From assembly GCA_046735395.1 (NCBI GenBank), contig JBJKQR010000084.1:1-64000 (forward strand): 64,000 bases of DNA. The letters run 5' to 3'. A program made the translations under genes and the position numbers. Positions 30,926 through 41,166 of this stretch are shown piece by piece. The notes under the pieces were generated by a model. It had not been told where the DNA came from, ran no database searches, and saw nothing but the letters and a program-made list of their open reading frames with translations. The stretch's first letter is position 1, and each line of letters opens with the position of its first letter. This DNA comes from Fidelibacterota bacterium. Lineage in GTDB: Bacteria; Fidelibacterota; Fidelibacteria; Fidelibacterales; DSDE01.

Positions 30926-31516
30926 ATGTCAGTAAAGTTACCCGATCTTCCCTACGCACTGGATGCACTGGAACCACATATAAGTTCGAAAACCCTGGAG
31001 TTTCACTATGGGAAACATCATGCCGGATACGTGAACAATCTCAACAAGCTGGTCGAAGGCACAAATCTGGAAAATGAGAGTCTGGAAAATATCATCCAGG
31101 CAACTGCCGGGGATTCGGCCAAAGCAGCTGTTTTCAATAATGCGGCTCAGGTATGGAACCATACATTCTACTGGAATTGTATGAAACCCAATGGCGGTGG
31201 CCGGGCAACCGGAGACAGTCTCATCCTCATCAACAGGAATTTCGGGAGCTTTGATACCTTTGTTGACAAGTTCAAAACCGCTGCGGTCAGTCAGTTCGGC
31301 AGTGGATGGGCCTGGCTGGTCATGAAGGATGATAAACTGGAAATCATGAAAACCGCCAATGCGGACACTCCGCTGGCTCACGGGGCAAAAGCCCTCCTGA
31401 CCGTGGATGTATGGGAACATGCCTATTACCTCGACTATCAGAATCTTCGTCCCGGATATGTTGAAACCTTTATAAAGAATCTGATCAACTGGGATTTTGT
31501 CAACAGCCGTCTGTAA
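30926..31516 (+). CDS. sodB: Superoxide dismutase [Fe]
   Basis: HYGKHH, FNNAAQVWNH (Fe-type Gln), QFGSGWAWL, DVWEHAYY; GGAGG RBS. Confidence 0.95.
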   Translation: MSVKLPDLPYALDALEPHISSKTLEFHYGKHHAGYVNNLNKLVEGTNLENESLENIIQATAGDSAKAAVFNNAAQVWNHTFYWNCMKPNGGGRATGDSLILINRNFGSFDTFVDKFKTAAVSQFGSGWAWLVMKDDKLEIMKTANADTPLAHGAKALLTVDVWEHAYYLDYQNLRPGYVETFIKNLINWDFVNSRL

Positions 31517-31782
31517 GACTGTTATGACGCAGATATTGACAGGACGGGACAGGGCTTCGAGCCCTGTTCCCATATTCTCCAACTTTATTTTTTTAATGGA
31601 TTTGCGCTGGCTCACAATCCCCCGGAGACCCAGCTTTTTCTTTTTAATTTCACGAATTTTCTGTATATTTTTCTTTGTGGTTTTAGGAATCGAATTGCGG
31701 TATTCATTCATGGAATCACATCGGAAACTGAGTCGGAACAATTAACCGTACCGCGAGTAGAATAAAGAAAAGAGGAGAGAAC

Positions 31783-32442
31783 ATGTTAAGAGCTGCTTTG
31801 ATCATCCTCCTGGCATTAGGACTGAGTAACTGTGGGAAGGAAGCGATAAAGGATGAACCGATCAGCAAAGCTGAGCCGAAAACGGAGGTGACCGCGCCGG
31901 ATACGACGCAAATACTTCCGGAGGTGCACAAGGTACCCGAGGCCCCCGCTCCCCAGACAGATGTCAGCACCAAGGCTGACACAACGGTTAAGACCACGGA
32001 AACTCGCAAGGTAATACAGAATAAATCTGCCGAAGAGACGGCAGTTCCGGCACCGGCGCCGCTTGACAGTGTCAAGGTTCAATACATGATCCGGCCCAAT
32101 GATTATCTGGTTAAAATCGCCATTAATGAGTACGGCCGTCCGACCATGTGGAGAAAAATCTGGAACTGGAACCGGAAAGCGATCGGTGAGAATCCCAACC
32201 TGATCTATCCCTATCGGGAAATTTCGCTTCTCAAACCCGTTGAGTATGCAGTCAAGACCGAGTTCGAATACTACGATTATGTGGTAAAAAAAGATGATAC
32301 ACTCTGGTCCATTGCCAAAAAGGAATACGGAAACAACCTGGCCTGGATCGTTATCCTCCGGGACAACTATGATTCCATCTCTGAAGATTATGACCATTTG
32401 AAGGAAAATACCGTTCTCAAGCTGAGAACAAAATTGTACTGA
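31783..32442 (+). CDS. Lipoprotein with two LysM domains
   Basis: Lipobox LSNC; P/T/E-rich linker; YMIRPNDYL.KIA..EYG...NPNLIYP and YVVKKDDTLWSIA..EYG. Confidence 0.88.
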   Translation: MLRAALIILLALGLSNCGKEAIKDEPISKAEPKTEVTAPDTTQILPEVHKVPEAPAPQTDVSTKADTTVKTTETRKVIQNKSAEETAVPAPAPLDSVKVQYMIRPNDYLVKIAINEYGRPTMWRKIWNWNRKAIGENPNLIYPYREISLLKPVEYAVKTEFEYYDYVVKKDDTLWSIAKKEYGNNLAWIVILRDNYDSISEDYDHLKENTVLKLRTKLY

Positions 32443-32463
32443 TCACTTCATAAATGTTCATCC

Positions 32464-32492
32464 AAAAGCCCCGGCCGGTCCGGGGCTTTTTT
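32464..32492. terminator. Bidirectional Rho-independent terminator
   Basis: AAAAGCCCCGG...CCGGGGCTTTTTT between convergent genes. Confidence 0.85.
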
Positions 32493-32588
32493 ATATCCTG
32501 ACAATTAATCTTCTACAATAATAATACCGCAGCTTATGCGACAGATAAATAATTGTTAATTATTGGTCTAAGAAATAATAACTATAAA

Positions 32589-33545
32589 TCAGAGATCGAA
32601 TTCCAGGCCTTCATAGGCCAGAAAGACTTCCAGCCCGGCGTTCGGATAATTCACATTCTTGTAATTCAGCGACCGCTTGAGCATGGAATAGACCGTATCG
32701 TCATCATTATCAGGTTCATGGTGAAACAGCGCCAGATTCTTCACACCGGCTTTCATGGCAAGATCAATACCGGTGATAGCGGAACTGTGGCCGTAATCTT
32801 CACGGTGGATGGCTTCCTCAAAGGTATACATAGCATCAAAAATCAGAAGATCCGCATCCTGAAAAAATTCCACATGACGATTGGTAAATTTCGAACTCAG
32901 GTTCTTATACTGGGAATCCGTGGCATAGACCAGGGATTTTCCGTTGAAATCGAGACGATACGCGTAGGAACCTCCCGGATGATGCTGCAGAGTATTCCGG
33001 ACGCGGACACCATTGATTTCTATTTCTCCGTCAGCCTCAAGCTGATGAAAGGATTTGGTACTGGCCATATGATCCAGCGCGACCGGAAAGAAACGACTGT
33101 CCTGCTGATCAGTCAGCCGCCCCTCAATATCCTTGTGGACTCCGTATATCTTGATATCCGCCTGCGGATAAAAGGCTGGTTTGAACATGGGAAAGCCCAT
33201 GATATGGTCCCAGTGAGTATGGCTGATGAAAATATGCATTTTCAGGCTGCCGTTCTGCTCCTCCTGCTGCATCAGTTTATTACCGAGCCGCACCAGGCCG
33301 CTGCCCATATCAAAAATTATACGGGTATCATTGACCAGAACTTCCACACAGGAGGTATCACCGCCGATGGTACCGCTTTCGTGAAATGAAAAACGGTTCA
33401 GAAACTGCTGACGCTTCTCCTTGGTGGAAAGATCCTCCCGCAGAGAGGCCTGGAGAATTCGCTCAATCTTTTCCCGGATTTTTCCTGAGCTGATTGGCGT
33501 AGGAATCGACCCCCTTACTCCCCAAAAACGCACTTTCATCGGCAA
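32589..33545 (-). CDS. MBL-fold metallo-hydrolase
   Basis: FWGVRGSIP, GGDTSCVE, HTHWDH (HxHxDH), GHSS, FHHEP. Confidence 0.9.
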   Translation of the reverse strand: MPMKVRFWGVRGSIPTPISSGKIREKIERILQASLREDLSTKEKRQQFLNRFSFHESGTIGGDTSCVEVLVNDTRIIFDMGSGLVRLGNKLMQQEEQNGSLKMHIFISHTHWDHIMGFPMFKPAFYPQADIKIYGVHKDIEGRLTDQQDSRFFPVALDHMASTKSFHQLEADGEIEINGVRVRNTLQHHPGGSYAYRLDFNGKSLVYATDSQYKNLSSKFTNRHVEFFQDADLLIFDAMYTFEEAIHREDYGHSSAITGIDLAMKAGVKNLALFHHEPDNDDDTVYSMLKRSLNYKNVNYPNAGLEVFLAYEGLEFDL

Positions 33546-34004
33546 AATCTCCTTATCAGGCAGTGATTTCCCGTATATTTACTAAATAATCGTGCCGCAT
33601 TCAACTAAAAATTTTACTGAAAACCAGACTTCAGGAATTTATTAATCATAGACAAGTCCCGGAATCCGGAAACCCTTCCGGTTCGACCTGTCCTTAGGCT
33701 TTTCGAGATATTTTCAGTAGTTCAATTCCTTGACAGCGGCATCGCACGCAGGGTCAGAGGCCCGGGCATGAGCACGCATCCGGGGAAAATCCAGATCCTC
33801 GGCACAACTGAACCGGATAATGAAAAGCTCTTCATCCTGAGATTTATTCAGGGACGGAAATCCTCCCGGTTCGGAAAACCCTTTTTGCCCGGCACGATTC
33901 ACAGGCGATCCGGCTGGATGACCTGAACCCGGCCTTCGGACATCTGTCTCTGGCTGCCGTCATTTTTCGCTTAGTCTCCATCATCAGGATATGTAAATTA
34001 TGTC

Positions 34005-34337
34005 ATGAAGATACGGTTCTTGAACAATGAAAAGTGGGCAGAGGTACCCTCCGCCACCATTATCCGCCAGGCTGATGATATTCTGGACATACTGGGGAAT
34101 TCCTACGAATTGCACAGCGGCGGTATCATTCTCCATGAATCAAATCTTGAGCCGGACCTTTTTGATTTGAAGAACCGACGTCTGGGTGAATTGATACAGA
34201 AATGTGTTACCTACTCTCAGAAACTCCTGCTGATCGGAGACTGGGACCGCTATCCTTCCACCAGCCTGCAGGATTTTATCAGGGAAAGCAATCGAATGGG
34301 ATTTATCCGTTTTCAGAACGAATTGAAAAGAAAATAA
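34005..34337 (+). CDS. DUF4180 family protein
   Basis: FDLK...GE..QK..Y..K..IGD...Y.S.SL.DFI.ESN pattern. Confidence 0.78.
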   Translation: MKIRFLNNEKWAEVPSATIIRQADDILDILGNSYELHSGGIILHESNLEPDLFDLKNRRLGELIQKCVTYSQKLLLIGDWDRYPSTSLQDFIRESNRMGFIRFQNELKRK

Positions 34338-34381
34338 TACAATTTCAACCCTGGAACAGGCCTGAAAAGCGAGACATAATT

Positions 34382-34900
34382 ATGAAGAAATCGACTGAAA
34401 AACCATACTCCATCCGGGACGCCGCTCCTGAAGATATCCCGCTGATCATGCAGTTTATCCGGGATCTCGCCCGCTATGAAAAATCTGAAGACTTGGTCCT
34501 GGCAACGCCGGAGAGTCTGACTCAGCACCTCTTCGCTCCCGGAGCAGTGGCCCGCTGCATACTGGCCGAATGGGAAGATCAGGCAGCCGGCTTCGCTCTG
34601 TATTTTTATAATTTCAGCACCTGGACGGGAAAACCCGGCCTGTATCTGGAGGATCTGTTTGTTCTGCCTGAATACAGGCAGCGCGGGATCGGTCTGCAGC
34701 TCATGAAGACGCTGGCCGGCAGAGCTGCTTCCGAAGGCTGTGAACGCTTTGAATGGAGCGTGCTGAACTGGAACAGCCCGGCTATTGACTTTTATAAATC
34801 CCTGGGCGCACACCCCATGGCAGACTGGACTGTATACCGTATGGATGGCGATTCGCTGCGGCGCTTTGCCTCTGCCGAACCCGCCACCGGTCAGTCATGA
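34382..34900 (+). CDS. GNAT N-acetyltransferase (diamine acetyltransferase-like)
   Basis: LARYEK, FSTWTG.PGLYLEDLFV.PEYR..GIG, WSVLNWN.PAI.FY. Confidence 0.92.
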   Translation: MKKSTEKPYSIRDAAPEDIPLIMQFIRDLARYEKSEDLVLATPESLTQHLFAPGAVARCILAEWEDQAAGFALYFYNFSTWTGKPGLYLEDLFVLPEYRQRGIGLQLMKTLAGRAASEGCERFEWSVLNWNSPAIDFYKSLGAHPMADWTVYRMDGDSLRRFASAEPATGQS

Positions 34901-36237
34901 GTCCCGATCCCCGACTTCTTTTCATCAATCCCTGGATACACGATTTTGCCGCTCACGATTTCTGGAGCAAGCCTCTCGGTCTGTTGAGAATTGCCGAGTA
35001 CCTTTCCCATTACCCTGTTCATATCGACTGGATTGATGTAATGGATCGCTTTCATCCCAGCTGGCAAACTGCGAAAACTAAGCCGGCCGCACACGGGAAA
35101 TACCATCGGGAAGAGCTCGTAAAGCCCGCCTTCCTTCCGGCCATTCCAAGGCAATATTCACGGTATGGGGCGGAAAAATCGAAGGTTCGTGCCCACATGT
35201 TGAATCTGAAAAAGCCGGACCTGATTTTTATGGCTACTCACCTCACCTACTGGTATGGCGGTGTAGGGGAAGCGGTTGATCTGTGCCGGGAACTCTTTCC
35301 GGATGTTCCCATCATCACCGGCGGAATTTATGCCACACTGATGCCGGATCATATCCGACAGGCCCTTGCACCGGACCTGAATATTGAAGGTCCCGGTGAG
35401 GCGGCGGCTCTCGCTGCAGTCAACCGTTTCTGTTCCACAGATTTTCAGGATCATACAGCTACCCCGTTTATCCGCAGGAGCTGGATCCATTATCCCGTAT
35501 TGAAAAGCCTGCCCTTCGAAAGCTCCCATGGCTGTCCCTACCAGTGCAGCTTCTGCGCTTCAAAATTGCTGCTTCCCTCCTACTCGCGGTATGATACGGG
35601 CGATTTTATCCGATATTTTCTGGAAATGACAGAAATACATGCTGTCAGGGATGTGGTATTCTATGACGATGCCCTGCTGCTGAATTCCGATAGCCACATC
35701 AAACCGATTCTGCGCACCCTTGCATCGGAACGGCCCGGATTGCAGATACATACTCCGAATGGCCTCTTTGCCAGATTCATAGATGCGGAACTGGCGCGGC
35801 TGATGAGGCGCAGCGGATTCGTCATGCCACGACTCAGCCTGGAGAGCAGCGACGCGGATATTCAGAACCGAAGCAGCCGAAAAGTCAACAATTCAGATTA
35901 TCGCCGGGCCATCCGGCATCTGCAGCAGGCGGGTTATGCACCCGGGCAATATCTGACCTACATTATTTCAGGCCTGCCGGGACAGACACTTGGTTCCATA
36001 CGGGCAAGTATTGATTTTGCCCATGAACAGGGCAGCCGCATCAGTATTCCCGATTATTCCCCCATACCCGGCACTGAGGATTTTATAAAAAGCGGATTTC
36101 CCGAAGAGGCAGACCCATTGCTTCTGAATAATAGCGTGTACCCCTATCTGCTGAAACCGGAGCTCCGGACCGGGTATGAGGAACTGCGCCGTTATGCCAA
36201 AATGCTCAACGACCGGCTTCCCAATGTGACAGGATAG
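34897..36237 (+). CDS. B12-binding domain radical SAM protein
   Basis: INPWIHDFAA.D.W.KPLGLL, GGIYATL, GCPYQCSFC, FYDDALL, HTPNGL, YSPIPGT. Confidence 0.88.
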   Translation: MSPDPRLLFINPWIHDFAAHDFWSKPLGLLRIAEYLSHYPVHIDWIDVMDRFHPSWQTAKTKPAAHGKYHREELVKPAFLPAIPRQYSRYGAEKSKVRAHMLNLKKPDLIFMATHLTYWYGGVGEAVDLCRELFPDVPIITGGIYATLMPDHIRQALAPDLNIEGPGEAAALAAVNRFCSTDFQDHTATPFIRRSWIHYPVLKSLPFESSHGCPYQCSFCASKLLLPSYSRYDTGDFIRYFLEMTEIHAVRDVVFYDDALLLNSDSHIKPILRTLASERPGLQIHTPNGLFARFIDAELARLMRRSGFVMPRLSLESSDADIQNRSSRKVNNSDYRRAIRHLQQAGYAPGQYLTYIISGLPGQTLGSIRASIDFAHEQGSRISIPDYSPIPGTEDFIKSGFPEEADPLLLNNSVYPYLLKPELRTGYEELRRYAKMLNDRLPNVTG

Positions 36238-36361
36238 GCACTTTTCCCGGAATATTTCACTTAATTACTGCTGTCACGCTACTTACAGTTAAAAAAAAGT
36301 TCGCATATTCATCTGATATTAATTAATTTGTGCGACATTATAGTGGGATGGGGTAAAGCAG

Positions 36362-37198
36362 ATGAGTAACGAAGAATTCTGGAAATCAGTCAAGGAAGCC
36401 CGTGTAAAACAGGATATCAGCCTTGAAACGATAAGCAGAAACACAAAAATCGGGATTCAAATCCTTGAAAATATCGAATCCGGCGATTTTTCGAATCTTT
36501 CCGAAACATATATGCGGCTTTTCCTGAAGGCCTATGCCCGGGAAACCGGTAATGATTATGACCAGCTTCTGGAAAATGCACCCTTTTCCAGGGACCGGGA
36601 CACACAGAAAATATATTCACTTCAGAATATTGATGATGAAAAACAGTATGCTGCAAGCATTGCGAATGTAAAACACGAGAAAGTCGGAGGCTTCAATGCC
36701 CGGAAGGCCCGGCCCATGTATATCATCATCACCATACTTGTGGCTCTGTTCGTCATTTATATCGGCAAGCAGGTCATATCGGAATCCGAAACCGAAAATA
36801 AACCCAATCTCATCGACAGTTTTCAGGTGGTAGCTCAGGACAGCATCACGACTGCAGACAGCTCGCAAAACACAGCGTCTCTCAGTGAAAATTTATCCGC
36901 GACGAAGGAAGCCGAAACCGAAGCCATCACAACCGACTACAGCTTCCCTGTTACGGTCAACCTCTTCCCCACTGCCAATATCATCTACAGACTGGTCATC
37001 AATGGCGAAACACCGAAGGAAGAACTGATACAGAAGGACAAGGATCACAGTTTCACGGTTAATAAATCCTTTGTTCTGACTGTGTATAATGTCAAGAACT
37101 GCAGTATTTCTTTGAATTCCGTGCTCCTGCCGCATTCCACTAAAGAACGATTGAAATTCGGTATTGATGCTGACGGACATTTGAACATTCTTGATTAA
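36362..37198 (+). CDS. RodZ-like HTH membrane protein
   Basis: N-terminal HTH (AR....SLE.IS..TKI...LE.IE.GDF, Y.R.FLKAYA), a single TM, periplasmic C-terminus. Confidence 0.82.
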   Translation: MSNEEFWKSVKEARVKQDISLETISRNTKIGIQILENIESGDFSNLSETYMRLFLKAYARETGNDYDQLLENAPFSRDRDTQKIYSLQNIDDEKQYAASIANVKHEKVGGFNARKARPMYIIITILVALFVIYIGKQVISESETENKPNLIDSFQVVAQDSITTADSSQNTASLSENLSATKEAETEAITTDYSFPVTVNLFPTANIIYRLVINGETPKEELIQKDKDHSFTVNKSFVLTVYNVKNCSISLNSVLLPHSTKERLKFGIDADGHLNILD

Positions 37199-37410
37199 TA
37201 ATTCAATAGACTTTTTTCGTACTGTATTATTTTAACTCACGTTTCGTATCACTGCTCACGAGGCTGCGTCTGTCGGAGGGGCAGATTGAGTTAAATATTG
37301 CATTCAAAGATTCGAATCATTAATATTTGCCCAACCTGAAAAGGACGGATCTGTCCGGAGCGACAAGGATCCATAATCAAATTGTTCTTAATACTGAAAG
37401 GGGAGCAAAA

Positions 37411-38460
37411 ATGAAGAAAATGATGACGGTCATCGGCCTGTTGATCCTGACCGGAACACTGATGGCAGACATTACACTCAGTGGCGACGCCCGTGTACGT
37501 CCTCGCTATGACATCGTAACCAAAGATTCAAGCAGTACAGGGTCTCAGACCGGTGATTTGTACTGGTTTTACCGTGCCCGGCTGAATGTCGCAGCCACCA
37601 TCGGCAATGGCTATGTATTTCAGGCTCAGATCGGCCACAACGCGACAGCGCAATGGTCCAAGATGGGTGACGGCAAGGAATTGCCCGGCAGCGCCAGTGA
37701 TGGCTCCGCACAGGCTCCCAGCCTGTCCTGGATGCTTCTGAATTTCGGTCTGAAACGTGACAAGTACGGCTGGGCCCTGGGACGTATTCCCCTGGCTGAC
37801 AACAGCGCTACGGACATTCATTTTTATCCCACGAAAGTGGTGGATGTACCGGTCACCGTCAACAGCAACAACGCCGTTACCGGCGGCAATTTCTACTGTG
37901 CGGCCGGTCCGGGAAAACTGAGCGGATTCATAGCAGTTTCGGAAAATAATACCAATGTAACCGAGGATATTGAAACAGGAGAAAAAGTCAAGAAGCAGGA
38001 CGGAATGACCTTTGCCTTTCAATATGATTTAAAAGTCGCAGGCATCGGACTCAGCCCGATGGTTCTCTATGGAATGGAAAATACCAAGTACAATCCCATG
38101 ACTGTAGGTGTGCTTGCCAATTATACCGTAAAGGGAACGAAACTCCAGGCGGCATACGTCTATACTTCCGATGTAAATAATCTGTATTCGGGATATACAG
38201 CCCGCATCGGCGCCAAACGGAAAATCGGGCCCGGAACCTTTAACGGCTATTTCGATGTCGCCAGCATGGACTGGACTGCCTCCGGTGATCCGGTTATGGA
38301 TTACAGCTATTTCTGGCTGGATTATTCCTATCCCCTGGCGAAAACCGACATGGGTGAACTGACCTTCAAACCGACATGGCGGCGTTCTGCTTCTGATGAC
38401 GGCAGCTGGAAGAATTCCCGGAATAAAATCGAGCTGACCATCGAAATGAAATTCAAATAA
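37411..38460 (+). CDS. Outer-membrane beta-barrel protein (porin-like)
   Basis: Signal peptide, SGDARVRPRY/YRARL strands, alternating aromatic residues, C-terminal IEMKFK; GGGAG RBS. Confidence 0.75.
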   Translation: MKKMMTVIGLLILTGTLMADITLSGDARVRPRYDIVTKDSSSTGSQTGDLYWFYRARLNVAATIGNGYVFQAQIGHNATAQWSKMGDGKELPGSASDGSAQAPSLSWMLLNFGLKRDKYGWALGRIPLADNSATDIHFYPTKVVDVPVTVNSNNAVTGGNFYCAAGPGKLSGFIAVSENNTNVTEDIETGEKVKKQDGMTFAFQYDLKVAGIGLSPMVLYGMENTKYNPMTVGVLANYTVKGTKLQAAYVYTSDVNNLYSGYTARIGAKRKIGPGTFNGYFDVASMDWTASGDPVMDYSYFWLDYSYPLAKTDMGELTFKPTWRRSASDDGSWKNSRNKIELTIEMKFK

Positions 38461-38487
38461 ATCATTTCACATAAGAGCGTGAAACGG

Positions 38488-38518
38488 AAAGGCCGGTGAA
38501 GTAACCCGGCCTTTTTTT
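38488..38518 (+). terminator. Rho-independent terminator
   Basis: AAAGGCCGG...CCGGCCTTTTTTT. Confidence 0.85.
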
Positions 38519-38613
38519 ATATCCCGATGTTTTAATAATTTCCTTCAGGAGGAATATTCGGACAGCCTCTGATTTTTCACATATTCTTTTTTAAAATTAT
38601 TCAGGATAAAAAG

Positions 38614-38782
38614 AAAAGTCTGCAGTTTAGGACCATATGGGAACCCACAGTACACAGTGGAAGCCTGCCCTCCAGTTCAACCTTCCTTAATCCGTCAAGC
38701 AGAAAGGCCTGATTTCCCTGAAGATGAGCTACAGCCCCATATCTTTCTTGTTAGTTCCAAAAATCCTTAAACTACAGACTCT
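38614..38782 (-). ncRNA. ssrS: Probable 6S RNA
   Basis: About 170-nt rod. Terminal stem AGUCUGUAGUUUAAGGA/UCCUAAACUGCAGACU (G-U wobble favours the minus strand), GGAAC/GUUCC closing an A-rich central bubble, and a CCAC..GUGGGUUC 3' bubble hairpin as in known 6S RNAs. Confidence 0.62.
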
Positions 38783-38949
38783 CACTTATCAAAAATCTTC
38801 ATCTGTCTTTAAGCTATGACAGCTTTTCGACTATATCAACTCATTTATTGGCAGATTAGTCAAAATACCATTTGCCTACCTTCATCGGAAGGTGTATACT
38901 ACTATTAATAAAAGCCAGTTAGACTACTTGATTTCCCAACCCTACGCGT

Positions 38950-40851
38950 CTATTTCTCGAGGGTACTGAGATCTCCCAGATCTTCACCCAGAGCCTGAGC
39001 CTTGAGAACCCGGCGCATGATTTTGCCGCTACGGGTCTTCGGCAGAGAATCAACGACGGTGATGACTTCCGGTTTGGCGATGGGACCCACTTCTGCAGCG
39101 ACATGGTTTTTCAGGACTTCCTGCAGGTTCTGGCCCATATCGGCTCCCTGTCTCAGTATCACGAAGGCATGAATGGCATGGCCTTTCAGTTCATGGGGCA
39201 CGCCGATGGCGGCGGCTTCGGCCACATCGGGATGAGACACGAGCGCGGATTCGATTTCAGCCGTTCCCAGACGGTAGCCGCTGACCTTGATCACGTCATC
39301 CAGCCGTCCGATGATCCAGAAATATCCGTCCTCATCGCGCCGTGCTGAGTCTCCGGCCATGTACCAGCCCTGTTTTTCAAATTCTTTCCAGTAGGTATTC
39401 ACATAGCGTTCCGGATCCCCGTGAATGGTCCGCGCCATACCCGGCCAGGGATTCTTGATGACGAGCTTCCCTTCTTCGCCGGCTTTCACTTCCTTACCGT
39501 TCTCATCCACCACCGCCATCTCGTTGCCGAAAAACGGTTTGGTTGCGCTGCCCGGTTTCAGAGGCGTGATGGGCAGGGGCGTAATCATGAATCCGCCCGT
39601 TTCCGTCTGCCACCATGTATCCATGATGGGACAGCGGTTTTTGCCGATGACTTCATAATACCACTTCCAGGCTTCCGGATTAATGGGTTCACCCACCGAT
39701 CCGAGAAGACGGAGGCTGCTGATATCAAATCGTTTCGGCCAGTCATCCCCGAAGCGCATCAGACCACGGATCGCCGTCGGTGAGGTATAGAGAATGGTGA
39801 TTCCGTATTTTTCAATCATCTGCCACCAGCGGTGGGGATATGGATAATTGGGAGCGCCTTCATACATCATAACCGTCGCACCATTGATGAGCGGGGCATA
39901 TACGATATAGGAATGGCCTGTGATCCAGCCCGGATCGGCGGCGCACCACCAGCGGTCCTCATCCTTGATATCGAAAACATAGCGATGTGTGGTCGAAGTA
40001 TAGACAGAATACCCGCCGTGTGTATGAACCTGGCCTTTGGGCTTCCCGGTCGTTCCGGACGTATAGAGAAGAAAGAGAGGATCCTCCGCATCCATGACCA
40101 CGGTTTCAAATTTATTATTTGCCAGCGGCAGATTCGCCAGCTCATGATACCAGAAATCCCGGCCGCTTTCCATGTATACGTCATGGCCGGTACGTTTTAC
40201 GACAATACAGTTTTCGATGGTTGGAGAGCGCTTGATGGCTTCATCAACGATACTCTTGAGATCATTGATCTTCCCGCGGCGCCAGCCCCCGTCGGCGGTG
40301 ACCAGAACCTTGCTCTTGGCATCATCAATCCGCTCGGCAAGGGCTTCCGTGGAAAAACCGCCATAGACTACCGAATGCACGGCTCCGATTTTTGCCGTCG
40401 CCAGCATGGCAAAGAGCAATTCGGGAATCTGCGGCATATAAATCGTCACCACATCCCCTTTCTTCACACCCATGCTGTGAAGAATATTCGCCATCATATT
40501 CACTTCCCGGTTCAGAGCATGGTAGGACAGGGTACGGGTCTCTCCCGGCTCACCTTCCCAGATGAGGGCCAGCTTATTCCGTCGCCATGTCTTCAGGTGC
40601 CGGTCGATGGCATTGTGAACGATATTCGTTTTAGCTCCCACAAACCATTTATAAAAAGGTTTATTACTGTCATCCAGAACCTTTGTCCACGGTTCGTACC
40701 ATTCCAGATTCTCGGCTTCCTTTGCCCAGAATGCCTCACGATTTTTAATCGAATACGCATACAATTCATCATAATCTTTAATATTCGCCTGCTCAACAAC
40801 TTCGGGAGACGGGTGAAACATCTCTCCGTTTTTAGCTTTTTCCTCAGTCAT
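38950..40851 (-). CDS. acs: Acetyl-CoA synthetase (AMP-forming)
   Basis: YTSGTTGKPKG, GWITGHSY, SVGEPIN, DTWWQTETG, PKTRSGKIMRR; AGGAGG RBS before ATG 40851. Confidence 0.97.
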   Translation of the reverse strand: MTEEKAKNGEMFHPSPEVVEQANIKDYDELYAYSIKNREAFWAKEAENLEWYEPWTKVLDDSNKPFYKWFVGAKTNIVHNAIDRHLKTWRRNKLALIWEGEPGETRTLSYHALNREVNMMANILHSMGVKKGDVVTIYMPQIPELLFAMLATAKIGAVHSVVYGGFSTEALAERIDDAKSKVLVTADGGWRRGKINDLKSIVDEAIKRSPTIENCIVVKRTGHDVYMESGRDFWYHELANLPLANNKFETVVMDAEDPLFLLYTSGTTGKPKGQVHTHGGYSVYTSTTHRYVFDIKDEDRWWCAADPGWITGHSYIVYAPLINGATVMMYEGAPNYPYPHRWWQMIEKYGITILYTSPTAIRGLMRFGDDWPKRFDISSLRLLGSVGEPINPEAWKWYYEVIGKNRCPIMDTWWQTETGGFMITPLPITPLKPGSATKPFFGNEMAVVDENGKEVKAGEEGKLVIKNPWPGMARTIHGDPERYVNTYWKEFEKQGWYMAGDSARRDEDGYFWIIGRLDDVIKVSGYRLGTAEIESALVSHPDVAEAAAIGVPHELKGHAIHAFVILRQGADMGQNLQEVLKNHVAAEVGPIAKPEVITVVDSLPKTRSGKIMRRVLKAQALGEDLGDLSTLEK

Positions 40852-41166
40852 GGTTATTTCCTCCTGATTTCGTGTCTCTGTGTGCGGCTGAGCTCCGCGA
40901 CGTGAGAATTTTGGGATTAAATTTATAGGAAGAGCGATGAGGATGCAACACAAGAAATGGAACCACGGCTGTCTCAATATTTCCATTTTCGTGTAAATAT
41001 CTGTAATTATTTTACATGAAATTCACAAATCATTTTCAGGGCCTAAAATCCATGTCACTTCCTTGTGACGGAACCGACAATTTCAACCCGGATACGAAGA
41101 ACTCCGCTCATCAATGAGAACGAATTCTCACCTGATAATTTCGCTGTACTAATTCAGAACTATAAT

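Noticed and set aside
30938..31741. 267-aa minus-strand ORF over sodB
   Set aside because: Antisense to a clear Fe-SOD gene; the N-terminus is low-complexity intergenic sequence
33714..33902. 62-aa minus-strand ORF
   Set aside because: No RBS or recognisable motif; the region is better explained as a structured non-coding element
41115..41130. Palindrome TGAGAA-CGAA-TTCTCA upstream of acs
   Set aside because: Spacing does not fit a Fur box and it is a single short instance; it may be a hairpin after the FAH gene
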